This document shows positions 47,117 to 58,705 of a DNA stretch of 64,000 nucleotides, piece after piece (position 1 is the first letter of the stretch; each line of letters begins with the position of its first letter). The notes under the pieces were generated by a model. It made no database searches and was not told where the DNA came from. It worked only from the letters and a program-made list of their open reading frames with translations. A program made the position numbers and the translations under genes. Origin of the DNA: Hyaloraphidium curvatum SAG 235-1 (Eukaryota; Fungi; Monoblepharomycota). Location of the stretch: assembly GCA_025558095.1 (NCBI GenBank), contig JAIVFI010000016.1, positions 558,001-622,000 of the forward strand, in the 5' to 3' direction.

Positions 47117-47902
47117 TCAGGGGAGCCTTCCGTCCGCCTTGAAGTCCTCCACAATCTTGTCGAACGCCTGATAGGTCAGCCGCGCCAACGTACCCCCAAC
47201 GCTGACCCTCCTGACGCCGGCAGCAGCATAGTCGGAGAGCGAGATCGCAGGATCGCTGAGCACCGAGTTCACGAGCGCGTTGATGGGCTTGTCGGTCTCC
47301 CGCACCACCCGCGCCACGTCCTCGATCTTGCGCAGCCCGGGAGCGTACAGCACGTCCGCACCTGCCTCCGAGTACGCCTTGAGCCTTTTGATCACCTCGT
47401 CCATGTCGAGAGGGTTCATGAGGAACGCCTCGCAGCGCCCGACCAGCATGACATCGTGCCCGCTGGCGACGATGGCCTCCTTCGCGGCGCGCACCCTGGC
47501 AACGGCGTCGGCCAGTGGCAGCATCTTCTTGTTCGCGGCATCCTCGATCGACAGGCCCGCAACGCCCGTCTCCACGCACAGCGCGACGTTCTTAGCGACG
47601 CCTTCGGGCGTGTCGGCGAACCCGGCCTCGAAGTCGGCGTTCACGGGCAGGTCCGTCGCCGCGACCAGCAGCCTCAGGTGGTCGAGCACTTCCTCCAGAG
47701 ACATCTCGCCGTCGCTGCGCCCCAGCGCCATCGCGGCGCCGGATGAGGTCGATGCGAGGGCCTTGAAGCCGGCCTTGGCCAGGCGGACCGCCGAGCCCCC
47801 GTCCCACGGGTTGGGGATCGCGAAGCAGCCGGAGGCATGCAGCGCGCGGAATGCGGCGCGTCGGGACGCGATGGAGGCGGAGGACGGCGCAGCGGGTGGC
47901 AT
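47117..47902 (-). CDS. Isocitrate lyase/PEP-mutase family enzyme, intronless
   Basis: IPNPWDGGSA, ALASTSSG, VNADFEAGF, GLSIED, AGADVLYAPG and GVRRVSVGG motifs. Confidence 0.88.
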   Translation of the reverse strand: MPPAAPSSASIASRRAAFRALHASGCFAIPNPWDGGSAVRLAKAGFKALASTSSGAAMALGRSDGEMSLEEVLDHLRLLVAATDLPVNADFEAGFADTPEGVAKNVALCVETGVAGLSIEDAANKKMLPLADAVARVRAAKEAIVASGHDVMLVGRCEAFLMNPLDMDEVIKRLKAYSEAGADVLYAPGLRKIEDVARVVRETDKPINALVNSVLSDPAISLSDYAAAGVRRVSVGGTLARLTYQAFDKIVEDFKADGRLP

Positions 47903-48135
47903 TCTCAACGCTCCGAAGGTCGAAAAGCTAGAAGTCCGAAGTCTGAGCTCGACAGGACTGCTCCACCAGAACGAATAATCGCGGAATCTCCGTTGGGCTC
48001 TGAGAGGTCGGCAAAGCGCGCTCGCCGGAACGCGCCTTCAACGCGTCTTTCCCGGCGTGGAGTCGCGCTTGTAGCGCCGTTTGTTGATCTAAGCGATCCT
48101 GCGTTCCGTGGCCCGGAGAAGCGGGGAGGTTGGCG

Positions 48136-48723
48136 ATGGTGGAGCTCAAGGTCGGCGATACGGTTCCCGACTTTGAGCTCCAGGACCAGGACGGGAAGGC
48201 CGTGAAGCTGAGCGACTTCAAGGGCCGGCCTCTCGTCGTGTTCTTCTACCCGAAAGCCAACACTTTCGGCTGCACTCGCGAGGCGTGCAGCTTCCGCGAC
48301 AACATCGGCCTCTTCCCGGCGGGAACCGCGGTCGTGGGGGTCAGCTCCGACACGCCAGAGGCGCAGAGGGCATTTGCGGACGCGTACAACCTCGGATTCC
48401 CCCTGCTCGCGGACGTGGGCGGCGCGCTGCGGGCCAAATGGGGCGGTAAGACATCTGGACGTCCGCTCCTCAGCGTTTCATCGTTTGACTGCCCTTCTGT
48501 CTTCCCTGCTACCATCGCAGTGCCGAACTCGATGATGGGACTCAGTGAGTTACTTGCTGCAAAGTTGGCCTTGATTGCTCCAACTCGGCAACCATCTCCA
48601 GCTCCCGGCCGAGTCACCTACGTGATCGACAAGGACTTCGTCGTTCGCTCCATTTACAACTCGGGCATGGCGTATTGGGCCCACGTTACGGAGGCTGCCA
48701 AGGCCGTCAAGGCGCTTGCCTAG
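48136..48723 (+). CDS. Peroxiredoxin, BCP/PrxQ type (introns 48446-48520 and 48545-48601)
   Basis: FFYPKANTFGCTREACSFRD and PGRVTYVID motifs. Confidence 0.9.
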   Translation: MVELKVGDTVPDFELQDQDGKAVKLSDFKGRPLVVFFYPKANTFGCTREACSFRDNIGLFPAGTAVVGVSSDTPEAQRAFADAYNLGFPLLADVGGALRAKWGGKTSGRPLLSVSSFDCPSVFPATIAVPNSMMGLSELLAAKLALIAPTRQPSPAPGRVTYVIDKDFVVRSIYNSGMAYWAHVTEAAKAVKALA

Positions 48724-48749
48724 TTTTGAAGGTTTTGAAGACGTTTCAT

Positions 48750-49670
48750 CTACTCGGCACCTTCACTCTCGTAGTCCACTCCCTCCTTCCACGCATACTC
48801 ACGCACAAGTTCGTCCAACCCGCTCAATCCGAGCCACTCTACATACTTGCCGAGGATCGGCCCCGCGGTCGACTGGAATGCCCCGAGCTCATTCACATGA
48901 GGGAAAGGTTCGTCCGGTTCGGGCTTCCCCAAGAAGCGGCACAAAGGGCCCCAGCCTTCGGAGGGGCGGAAGACGAGCAGGTTCTCGCGGGGCACGGTGG
49001 CCTTGACGTGCTCGACATAGTGTCGGTGGTATTCGATCGCTCGGGACTGGAATCGGTTGTCAGCCTGGCACTGCCACGCGGGCAACCGCATCGACCATGC
49101 CTTGCTGAACTTGCCACCTTCATTGAGCTGGAACATCTGGCCGAGGTGCAGCCCTGCGTGGTCCACGGCAGTCAGCTCGTGGTCCGGGACCTTCTTCCAC
49201 GAGTCATCCTGCATTCTGAACAAATTGATGAAGGCGACGCCTTGGGAGTACGAGTTCCACCACTTCTCCATGTCGTCGCGGACGGTCAGGACGACCTTGG
49301 CATCTGGCACCTGGGCGAAAATCTCGTCGAAGGAGTAGTTGATGTCGACCAGAGCGTCGTAGTGGCGTCCAAACTCCGCCTCAAAGTCGACGTGCTTCCC
49401 ATTCAGGGCATCGATGAGGAGGCGGCATCCGTGCGGGTACATTTGGCTTCGGATCGAGGGTGCCCGTGGCACGATGCGGTCAGAAAGGAATCGTGCCAAC
49501 GGAAGCAGACAGACGTCTAACCCGACTTCACCGACCCCTTCCAAGATTGTTCCTCGGAAGTATACCGCCGTTAGTGAATGGCAGGGGCGCAGGCCAAGTT
49601 TCTCAAGGGCGACGTGGAGCGATAGAGTCCCCGTCCTGTGCATCCCGGCACCGAGGACCGTGATCGGCAT
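48750..49670 (-). CDS. Sulfotransferase-like P-loop protein (Sulfotransfer_4 type), one in-frame intron
   Basis: VLGAGMHRTGTLSL, PDAKVVLTVRD and EGWGPLCRFLGKPEPDEPFPHVN motifs. Confidence 0.85.
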   Translation of the reverse strand: MPITVLGAGMHRTGTLSLHVALEKLGLRPCHSLTAVYFRGTILEGVGEVGLDVCLLPLARFLSDRIVPRAPSIRSQMYPHGCRLLIDALNGKHVDFEAEFGRHYDALVDINYSFDEIFAQVPDAKVVLTVRDDMEKWWNSYSQGVAFINLFRMQDDSWKKVPDHELTAVDHAGLHLGQMFQLNEGGKFSKAWSMRLPAWQCQADNRFQSRAIEYHRHYVEHVKATVPRENLLVFRPSEGWGPLCRFLGKPEPDEPFPHVNELGAFQSTAGPILGKYVEWLGLSGLDELVREYAWKEGVDYESEGAE

Positions 49671-49827
49671 ATCAAATCCAAGGAGAAGAAGCGCCACCGA
49701 TTTCGGTCGACTCTGGTCAAAACGACAGGAATAGAGCGTGTGGGAGACAGCTCGGGCATCGAAACTTCGATCGCGAAGAATTGCGCCAGTGACGGCGTTT
49801 CGTCGCCGTTTCCCCCTTCACGCCGAG

Positions 49828-51351
49828 ATGCTGTCACCCGATGGCAGCAAGGAGGCGCAGAACGGACACGCCGAGGGCACCTTCTCGCTGCCGCCCCGGA
49901 TTTCGTTCTCGCCGGCCGAGTGGCTCGCGGCGGTGCCGAGCGCGGCCCCCTGGCCGGACGAGCTCTCCCATTTTGCGGGCAGTGCCGACCCCGCGGCCGA
50001 ACTCCGGGCCTCGTCGCCCCTGACCCCTGCCGCGATGCTTCGGGAGCTGGAAGGGACGGGCGTGGCGCGCTTCCTCGTGCAGGGGCAGTTCGCCGCAGCT
50101 CCGCTTGCGCGCTGGGTGGCTCTCCGGAGCCTTTTTCTTCACGGCATGGTGCCCACGTACGCTGTGGGCCCCTTTGTGCTGGGCGGGAACCTGTTTTCCG
50201 AGCGTGCATTGGTGGGAGGCACCGTGGCCCTCGTACTTGCCTATCCGATTTCGACGACCGCATTCCTCCTTTATTCCTCCTTCTACAACGACATCCGTCG
50301 TCCTGCGACTGCGGCGGGTCCCGCGAGCTCTGAACTAAGCCGACATTCGCTGGCCGGGGTCGTGCGCTGGTTGCAGCTCGTGCGCAGAGGGGAAGCGACC
50401 GCGGAGCTGCTTGACCACTCGGATTCCGACCCTCTGTGCCCCTGTTGCATGTGTGCCGGCTCGGTGGCTACAAAGGCCGGCTCGCTCCATCTCGCGGAGA
50501 TTCTGATCCGAACCCTGTCCGTGTTCTTCTGTCATGTCCTCATCGGTTGGACCTCGGTCGTGACGTTTGCAAACGCGTATTTCTCGACCTGGTGGGGCCC
50601 ACTACAGCTCGTGACCTCGGCTATCGCTTGCGTCCTCTTCATCGGTGTCAATAACCTCCTGCGCTATCCGGGGAACGTGGCCTCGTTGGATCTTTCGCGG
50701 CGAATCGTACGCCGCGCCGTAATGCTCTCGCTGCGCAACCTGCTGGCAAGGTACCAGGCGGTCTTGCACGCTCCTGACGGCATGGACACATCGGATCTGG
50801 TTTCCTCGGGGCAGGAACCATACCAGCAGCTCCACACTGCAATCGCTGCGAGCTGGCGGACGCGCTATAGCATCTTTGTTGGGGTCACACCCGGATTCCT
50901 GGTGTTTACTCTGTCGGTGTTGCTCTTTGGTGCCATACCGAACATCGTCGGTGGCATGTGCATCCCACTGTGGATAGTCATCGGCTTTGTCATCCTCATC
51001 GTCTTGTTCTCCCTGACGGATCTGGTCAACCTGAGCATTTCGAACGACCAGATCGAGGATGTCGTGCAGCTCTACTCTTCCGCGCGTCGCCAGATCCGCG
51101 AGCTCGTGGTGACAACTCGCACCACCGATCCCGCGAAGCGCGAAGCGGTGCAGGCGCTGGTCGCCCATTCCGAGCTGCTGGACAGCTACCTCGAGATCCG
51201 TTCCATCAAGGCCAAGGTGTTCGGGTTCGAGGTCAGCTTCGGGATGGTGCGCAACGTGGTGGTGAGCGGGGCCACGGTGCTGATCGCGCTCTGGACGGTG
51301 CTGCGCGCGGCAGGGGTGACGTTTACCATGCAGACCGTGTGCCCGGTGTGA
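49828..51351 (+). CDS. 7-TM membrane protein, 7TMIC-like family copy 2, intronless
   Basis: FSPAEW, HSDSDPLCPCCMC, seven hydrophobic segments, and C-terminal LLDSYLE...AKVFGFEVSFGMVRNVVVSGATVLIALWTVL...TVCP. Confidence 0.75.
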   Translation: MLSPDGSKEAQNGHAEGTFSLPPRISFSPAEWLAAVPSAAPWPDELSHFAGSADPAAELRASSPLTPAAMLRELEGTGVARFLVQGQFAAAPLARWVALRSLFLHGMVPTYAVGPFVLGGNLFSERALVGGTVALVLAYPISTTAFLLYSSFYNDIRRPATAAGPASSELSRHSLAGVVRWLQLVRRGEATAELLDHSDSDPLCPCCMCAGSVATKAGSLHLAEILIRTLSVFFCHVLIGWTSVVTFANAYFSTWWGPLQLVTSAIACVLFIGVNNLLRYPGNVASLDLSRRIVRRAVMLSLRNLLARYQAVLHAPDGMDTSDLVSSGQEPYQQLHTAIAASWRTRYSIFVGVTPGFLVFTLSVLLFGAIPNIVGGMCIPLWIVIGFVILIVLFSLTDLVNLSISNDQIEDVVQLYSSARRQIRELVVTTRTTDPAKREAVQALVAHSELLDSYLEIRSIKAKVFGFEVSFGMVRNVVVSGATVLIALWTVLRAAGVTFTMQTVCPV

Positions 51352-51805
51352 TTTGCAAAGCGAATCGCTGGTTCTTTGGCGAGTCACCGTACGTGATTGA
51401 ACAAAGTTCTGAGGCGCTCGGTCAATCTCGTTCGTTGCCCGCCGCTCGCCATCGGAATCTGACGATGTCAGCCTCTCTCATTCACGGTCCACTGAGATAC
51501 AAGCTCGAGACGTTGCCCGTCCTTCCTCGCGAGCCTTGTGGCGTTTTGCCACCCAGCTGCTAGCGAGTGACTCGCCGAGACCGCCCGCGCAACACCGCGT
51601 TTAGCCGCGTTTCTCCCTCGCCGTCTGCCGACAGAAATCGGGCCGTTTTCGGCGGGAGGCCGGAGTTCGCCGGACGCTCAGCGCTTTGCCGGCGACCGGA
51701 GCGGCCTCCGCGCCCTGTCGCCGGCCCGGTTAGGGTGGGAACCGCCCTTCGGGCCCGGCGATGCCGGGTGGTCCGGAGGAGCCTGCGGCTCCTCAAGCCT
51801 CGGAA

Positions 51806-53682
51806 ATGGGGAATATCGGGCATTCCCAGTCGGTTGTCGATGTTTTGGACCAGGTTTCCGAGAAGGGAGGGGCGGGAGACGTCGGGGACGCGGGGAAACC
51901 TGCGGCGCTGACGAGTGAGGACGGCGAGACCGGCTTCGCGGCCTCCCCGTCTCTGCCGTCGCCGCGACCCATAACGGACGCTGTTGGCGTTGGCGTTCCG
52001 GACGGCGAGGAGCCGGAAGCCGAGGGGCGCCCCGCTGCGGAGGCGGATGCGGACGAGCCGGGCGCGTCGCTGTCGCCGAAATCCGCCGGGCCGCCCTCCA
52101 CCGAAAGCGACGCCGTGACTCTGGACCATCCTACCGGCGAACCGTCCGGCGAACCGCCGGATCCGGCAGCCGGCGGTCCGCCCGACAAGGCCGCCCTCGA
52201 GATCGAGGATCCCTCCGGCAAGCCCGCCGCCGACCCTCGCTTCAAGGGCCTGGCGGCCGACACCCACGAGTACCCCGAGGGCGGCTTCGGCTGGTTCGTC
52301 GTCCTCGGCGCCTTCCTCATCCATTTCGCCGGCATCTCCCTCATCTACATCACCGGCGTCTTCATCCGCCTCTTCTTCTACGAGGACGTCTTCCCCGGCG
52401 CGACGTTTGCCCAGCTGTCGTGGATCAGCGCCGCCATCGGGCTGTGCCTACCCGTGCTCGGCCCGGTGTACGGCTTCGCGATCCCGCGGCTCGGCCCGCG
52501 CGTGGTCTGCGTGTCGGGCGCGCTGGTCCTCGCCCTGGGCTTCGAGCTGGCCAGCCTCGCGCAGACCACGTGGCAGATCGTGCTCACCCTCGGTCTGCTC
52601 ACGGGGATCGGCCAGGCGACCTTCTACATCTCGGCCGTGTCGACGCTGGTGCAGTGGTTTTCGCGCAGGAGGGGGCTGGCCATGGGAATCGTCGCCTCGG
52701 GGACGGGGCTGGGGGCGCTGACCCTCGCGCCGCTGGCGCAGGCGCTGATCGACGCGCTGGGGTGGCGGAGCGCGCTGCGCGTGCTGGGGCTGATCACGGG
52801 GACGCTGCTGGTCACGGGTGGGATGCTGCTGAAGACGAGGATGGGGACGTACGTCGATCTGCGGTTCTGGAGGAAGAAGGAGGAGCCCGCGGCCGACGAG
52901 GCGGGGGCACCGAAGAAGGAGGAGGCCAAGAAGCCGCCGTTCATCGACCGCAACTTCTTCAAGAACGCCAACTACGTGCGGCTGTACATATTCGCCTTCA
53001 TTCAGCCGTGGGTTCGGTCTCGTTAGTGTTGCTCAGTCAAGCTGACGTTCTGCATTTCCAGATTCGCCTTCCTTTTTCCCTACACTTACGTGCCCTCGTA
53101 CGCGGTCAACATCGGCCTCTCGGCCTCCACTGGCGCCCTCGCGCTCGCCCTCATGAACGCCGCCTCGTCGCTGGGCCGGATCGGCGTCGGCTACGCCGCG
53201 GACCGGTTCCTGGGTCAGATCAACTCATACGTTCTTTGCCTCCTGCTGCCACCCATCTTCTGCCTCACGCTGTGGACGACGTGCCATTCCATGGCGCAGC
53301 TATTTGCGTTTGCCGTGCTGTTTGGGTTCTTTGCCGGCGGATTCGTGGGTGGTCGCTCGCCTTTGTGCGCCAAGCTTGGAAGCTAATGGATGTTCCGCAG
53401 ATCGTCGCGTACCCGATCGTGCTGGCGCAGATCTTCGGCCCCGAGAACCTGGCCTCCCGTCTCGGCTTCCAGCAGACCGCGGGGCTGGTTGGCCAGCTTT
53501 GCGGGCCGATCATCGTCGCCACCATTCTCGACAAGAACACCCACCCGGAGGCGGACGGCAGCGTGTGGATCAACTACGTGCCTATGATCTGTTACCTCGC
53601 TGGAATGATGTTGCTGAACGTATCCATCATTGCCTGGGTGAGAATGGATATCACGAGGTGGAAGCTCTGGGTCAAGGTGTGA
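51806..53682 (+). CDS. MFS monocarboxylate-transporter-like (MCH/MCT) protein, spliced
   Basis: PEGGFGWFVV, QWFSRRRGLAMGIVASGTGLG, GWRSALR and GRIGVGYAADRF motifs. Confidence 0.88.
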
Positions 53683-53859
53683 CGGGTTGGGGTAGATCTG
53701 CTAGAGCTCTGAGAGACATAGAGCGATAGATGAAGTAGAGCTGTCCGATCGAAGCCATGATGGGAGGAGACGCCGAGGACGGGCGGTTCGGGCGGCAGAA
53801 GGGGGTTTCGGCGGCGGAGGCGGGGTCTGGCGGCCGCCACCGACACCTCACTCCCCAAA

Positions 53860-56738
53860 ATGACTGGCAAGGACAGGGACGACGACGCGGCGTCGGAGGA
53901 CGGCGCTGCGAAGGGCAAGCGCAAGGTCGCCTGCGTGCCTTGTGCCCAGCGGCGGAGGCGGTGCGACGCGGGGAAGCCCGCGTGCGACCGCTGCATCGAG
54001 ACGGGGGATGGGCCGGACTGCCACTATCCCGAGGGCGGCGGCCCGAAGCGCAAGCGGCTGCGGCGCGGGCTGTCGTGTGCGAGCTGCCATTCGGGGAAGA
54101 AGTCGTGCGACGGCAATTCGCCGTGCGGGCGCTGCGTGGAACGGGGCATCGCCGCCGCGTGCCGGCCGCGCGACGAGGACGCGGTTTCCGAACGGCCGGT
54201 TCGCGCGCAGCGCCCCGTCGCGCCGAGGAGCGAGGCCGGCGACCCCGGCTCGCCGTGGGACGGCAGGCAGCCCGGGTATGCCCTGCCGATCCCGCAGCCC
54301 CCGATGGCGGCCCCTCTGCCGGCAACCTACCCGCCTCCCTGGCTGCCTTTCGACGCTCCAATGATGGCAGGCGGATTTCAGGGCATGCAGGGACCGGTCG
54401 GGGCACACGGTATCGTGCCGAACGCGCTCGACAGGCTGCCGGCCCTGGCGCCGCCGGGGATCCCAGCCTTTGCCCCGCAGGCGGCCTGGACGCCGGCGTT
54501 CGCGGCGTTCCCGGACTCCATGGGCTCCATGGGCTTCCCAGGTATCATGGGTTCCATGTCGCCGTCGCCAATGCCGATGTCGGGCCTGTCTGCGCTGGCC
54601 TTTGCTGCCGCCCCGGAGCGGCTTCCGGCCCCGCCGTCGCCGATCCTGCAGCTGCCCGCCGAATATGCCGCGACCCTCTATCCCACCCTGCCTCCCGGCC
54701 TCCTCCCTCCTCCGCTCGTGCTCTTCCGCGCGGTCGACAACTTCTTCCAATATGGCGCGCAGAACCTGCTGCACCGCGCGACCTTCGACGCCCGCGTCTG
54801 CCGGGGCGAGTCTGCGGCCCGCGCCGCCTACCGCGCACGGTTCCGCACGCGACTGGTGGCCCTGTCCAGGGGCACTGCGCGTCCCGCGGGGAAGCTGGTG
54901 CCGGAGCTGCGCCCGAGCGGAGCGCTGGAGGAGAACATGGACGCCGCGCTGCTCGTCTCGGTCCTCTGGGGCGGGGCCAAGCTCGGGGCGCGGCTCGCAT
55001 CCGAGGGCAAGCGGGATGCCGACACCGGCATGGCGCCGGCGGCCATCGACGCGCTCGAGGGGTGGCTGCTGGACGAGATCGACGAGGTGTCGGCGTGGTT
55101 CGCGGCCGTGGGCGGGTCCACCGGGTCCGGGCTGGAAGTGCTTTGGCAGGAGATTTCGAACGGCTGGGGCAGCAGCTTTGCGGCCTCCACCCCGAACGCG
55201 GTGCAAAACAGCCCGCTGGGGTCGCCCAAGTCGGGCACGGCGGGCTCGCTGTCGCCGCCGCCCGCGCCATTCTCCTCGGCCGACCTGCCCCTTGCCGACC
55301 GCGAGGCGCACGAGCTCTTCATGTCGAGCTACCACCGCGACATCTTTGACGCCGTCATCGCCCTCTTCCACACTGGCTGGACCTACCAGTTCATGGGCAA
55401 CGGAAACGAATTCCGCAACGTGCTCGGGACCATTGCCCTGCGCGTCCTGCCCATGTGCCGGTTAGAGGAATGGTTTGCCAGGGGGCCGGACGACCGGCAC
55501 GATCCGCCGCCGGTGTGGATCCGCGCCGAGGAGAAGCTCAGGCTGGTTGCGCTCCTGCGGACGGGCATGTCGCTGTACGTGGAGCTCCGGAGCGGGCCCC
55601 AGTACGTCTCGAGCCCCGACGTCGTGCCGGCCGGGGACTTCGACTACGTGGTGCTCATCGTCGCCAGCACGCGCCGCCTGGCCAACCTGGAAATGCCCTG
55701 CAACGACCTCACGTTCGACAACCTGCCTTCGGCCGTCTGCGCTTTCCCCGGGCGGGATCCGCCGGTGCCCGTCACCTACGCGGGGCACATCGACATCGGC
55801 GTCGGGCGTCGCCTGACTCACGGCGACGCGTCGTGGTGGATGGAGATGACCCTCGGCTCGCCCCAGCGCCATTCGGCCCTCGCGTCCTCCTTCGGCCGCG
55901 TGCTCGCGCTGGGCCCCTACACCTTCCTCACCCTGGTAGGCGAGCTCATGTTCCGGCACATTGCGCTGCGCAACTGGCTCCACGGCCACTCCCTCGAGCC
56001 GCACGACCTCGACCGCGATCGCACCGACGTGCCCCCGGCCGTCCTGGCGGAAGCACGCGCCCGCCGCGCCGCCTTCCTCGCCCTGCTCTCGGACGCCGAA
56101 TCGCACCTCCCCTCCCCGCTCCGCGAGGCCTACGAGTCCGGCGACGGCAACGCCGTGCGCGCGCTGGCCGCGCGGCACTACGGCGAGCGGCACTGCGGCC
56201 GCCTCACCGCCTACCTCGCCTGGATCCACGTGCTCCACATCCTCGTGCGCAGCCCGGGCGACGTCGCGGGCTCCTTGGTACACCCGGACGAGCGGTGGCT
56301 CCGCGGGCCCGAGTTCCTCGAGTGCTCCGCGCACGCCATCGCCGTGTCGAGGCTGACGAAAGCCATCATGGAGGTGGCCGAGGACTCGGTCAGGGTGCCG
56401 CAGCTGCTGCCCTTTGCCGTGCTCCGCGCGGGGTTCGTCCACGCGATGGTGCTGCGCAGGCTGGGGGCGGGAGGGGGGCCGGTGGGACCCGAGGGGGACG
56501 AGGTGGTCAAGAGGCTGGTGGAGAGCACGGCGGCGTGCCTGGACGCGCTCAAGATCGGCGGGTCGGGGTGGTGGGTTGCCCGGTGCGGCGCGTTTCGTGC
56601 TCTCTCCTAACCTCGCTGGCGTTGGACAGGTCCTACACGAAGCAGGCGTACCGGATCTTTGAGAAGATCGTGCTACACGGGCTCGTTCCGACGGAGGAAG
56701 ATCTGGAGGCGCTCCGGGCGGGGCGGACGGTCCGGTGA
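53860..56738 (+). CDS. Zn2Cys6 transcription factor with two binuclear clusters (intron at about 56570-56629)
   Basis: ACVPCAQRRRRCDAGKPACDRCIETGDGPDC and SCASCHSGKKSCDGNSPCGRCVERGIAAAC, followed by a FFQY...LLHRATF middle region. Confidence 0.85.
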
Positions 56739-56829
56739 TGTCGCCAAGGGCTGGCAAATAAACTTCTTTGGGCACGCATCCCCTCGTGCGACGGGCCGCT
56801 GACGATCCGCCCCAGTGCTCCTCACGTCT

Positions 56830-56975
56830 CGCCGGACACACCGTCCCCAGGACCAGTACGACCCCGTGCCCCTCAGCACCGTCCACAATCCCGCGCCAGC
56901 GTGAACAGGTTGACGACCACCGCGCGCACCGCGCCGCGATCGATCGGAAACCCGAGGATCTTTTGTTGGTTGCCC
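56830..56975 (-). pseudogene. Frameshifted C-terminal (TM7) remnant of the 7-TM receptor-like family
   Basis: Three frames join as NQQKILGFPIDRGAVRAVVVNLFTLA / GLWTVLRG / GVVLVLGTVCPA, matching the C-terminus of copies 1 and 2. Confidence 0.8.
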
Positions 56976-57362
56976 GCGAACTGTCTGCGAGACTTGGGAA
57001 ATCGAGGTTCAAAAGAGGATTGATCCTTCCTGGAGACAGATCCAGTGGATTGCTCTCATCCTTGGTCGGTTGGTTTATTGGATCTTGGAGCGGTCGTTCT
57101 GCGCGAGGTGATCCGACAGACGAAGACATGGAGGTGCTTTAGCCGCGGGGACGTGGAGCACTGGATCACAAGCTGGCAGATGGATTTTCCAATGCGATTT
57201 TCTTTGGACTCGAGAGCCTTTAGATCCTTCTGGCCCGCCGCAGTCGAAGGTGCGCTTGACAGGTTCGGTCGGCTCCGGCGGCTTCGGTCGAGCCGACTAC
57301 TACACTCGCGTCCCCGCAAACTTCGTGTTTCCGTCACGTCGTGCCCGTGAAACGCGTCGAAA

Positions 57363-58643
57363 ATGAAGGCCGCGCTGCTGGTCGAGAACGGGAAGCCGCT
57401 CGTGCTCCGCGATGACCTCGCGACGCCGGAGCCGACAGGCACGCAAGTCCTCGTCGAGACGACGTTCTGCGGCGTCTGCCACAGCGGTGGGTCGTCTTTC
57501 GCCCCATTCGATGTGCTTTTCTGACCGATCGCAAATGCGCTCCTGCCGGAACGACGTGCTTTTCTGGCGAAACGCTTCCAGATTTGCACATCTGGGAAGG
57601 AAAGTACGACCTCGGCGGCGGGAAGGTCCTGGACATGCAAGGCCGCGGGTTGAAGCTCCCTCTTGCCATGGGCCATGAGGTCGTGGGCCGCGTCGCGAAG
57701 CTCGGCCCGGACGCCAAGGGCGTCGAGGTCGGAGCCGAGTACCTGGTCTACCCTTGGGTCGGCTGCGACAACTGCGCGCTCTGCCGCGCCGGGAGCAGCA
57801 ACATGTGCCTGACCCCTCGCTCCATCGGCGTCTACGCCGGCGGCGGGTACGCGACCCACGTGATCGTGCCGAATCCGAGCGTGCTGCTGCCAATCCCGGC
57901 CAACGTCGACAAGGCGGTCGCCGCGACGTACGCGTGCTCGGGGGTAACGGTCTACTCGGCGATCAGCAAAGTGAAGCCGCTGCTCACGGATCCGGAGGAG
58001 CCGCTCGTCCTTGTGGGGGCCGGCGGGCTGGGGCTCAATGCAGTCAGCCTGCTGCAGGCGCTGGGGCACAAGTACACGGTCGTTATGGACATTGACGAAG
58101 GGAGGCTGAAGACGGCGGAGAAGGCGGGGGCGAAAAAGACGGTCGACGGCCGCGGATCGGCAGAGGAGGTCGTCAAGAGGATCGTTGAGGCATGCGGCGG
58201 CACAGCTCCCGTGGCAATCATAGGTCCGTTTCTTTGAGCGCTAGCTTGTCGACGACCTAACCATGTTGGTTTGCAGATCTCGTCAACTCGTCGGCCACTG
58301 CGCAGGCGGCGTTCCTCGCCCTTCGCAAAGGCGGCAAGCTGGTCCAGGTCGGCCTGTTTGGCGGATCGCTCGAGCTGCCGTTGCCGCTGATGCCGATCAG
58401 GGCCTTGACCATCCAAGGTGTGTCTTTCGTCCATCGATTGTTTGCTTCGCTGAGCTTTGGGTCGCGTTCGCAGGTTCCTACGTCGGCAACCTGAAGGAGC
58501 TCAAGGAGCTCCTGGATCTCGCTGCCAAGGGCGGCGTCCAGCCGCTGCCGGTGGTTACGATGAAACATCCGGAGGAGGCGAACGAGGCACTGGAGAAGCT
58601 CAAGTCCGGAGGCGTCACGGGGCGGATAGTGCTCAAGGCGTGA
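57363..58643 (+). CDS. Zinc-dependent alcohol dehydrogenase, spliced
   Basis: CGVCHS|D, MGHEVVG, CDNCALC...C, YACSGVT, GAGGLG and GSYVG motifs. Confidence 0.9.
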
Positions 58644-58705
58644 TCACATCCATTCCCCACCCCCTTTTCTGTACAGTCTCTCTGTCTACCGAAAAACAAA
58701 GCTCT

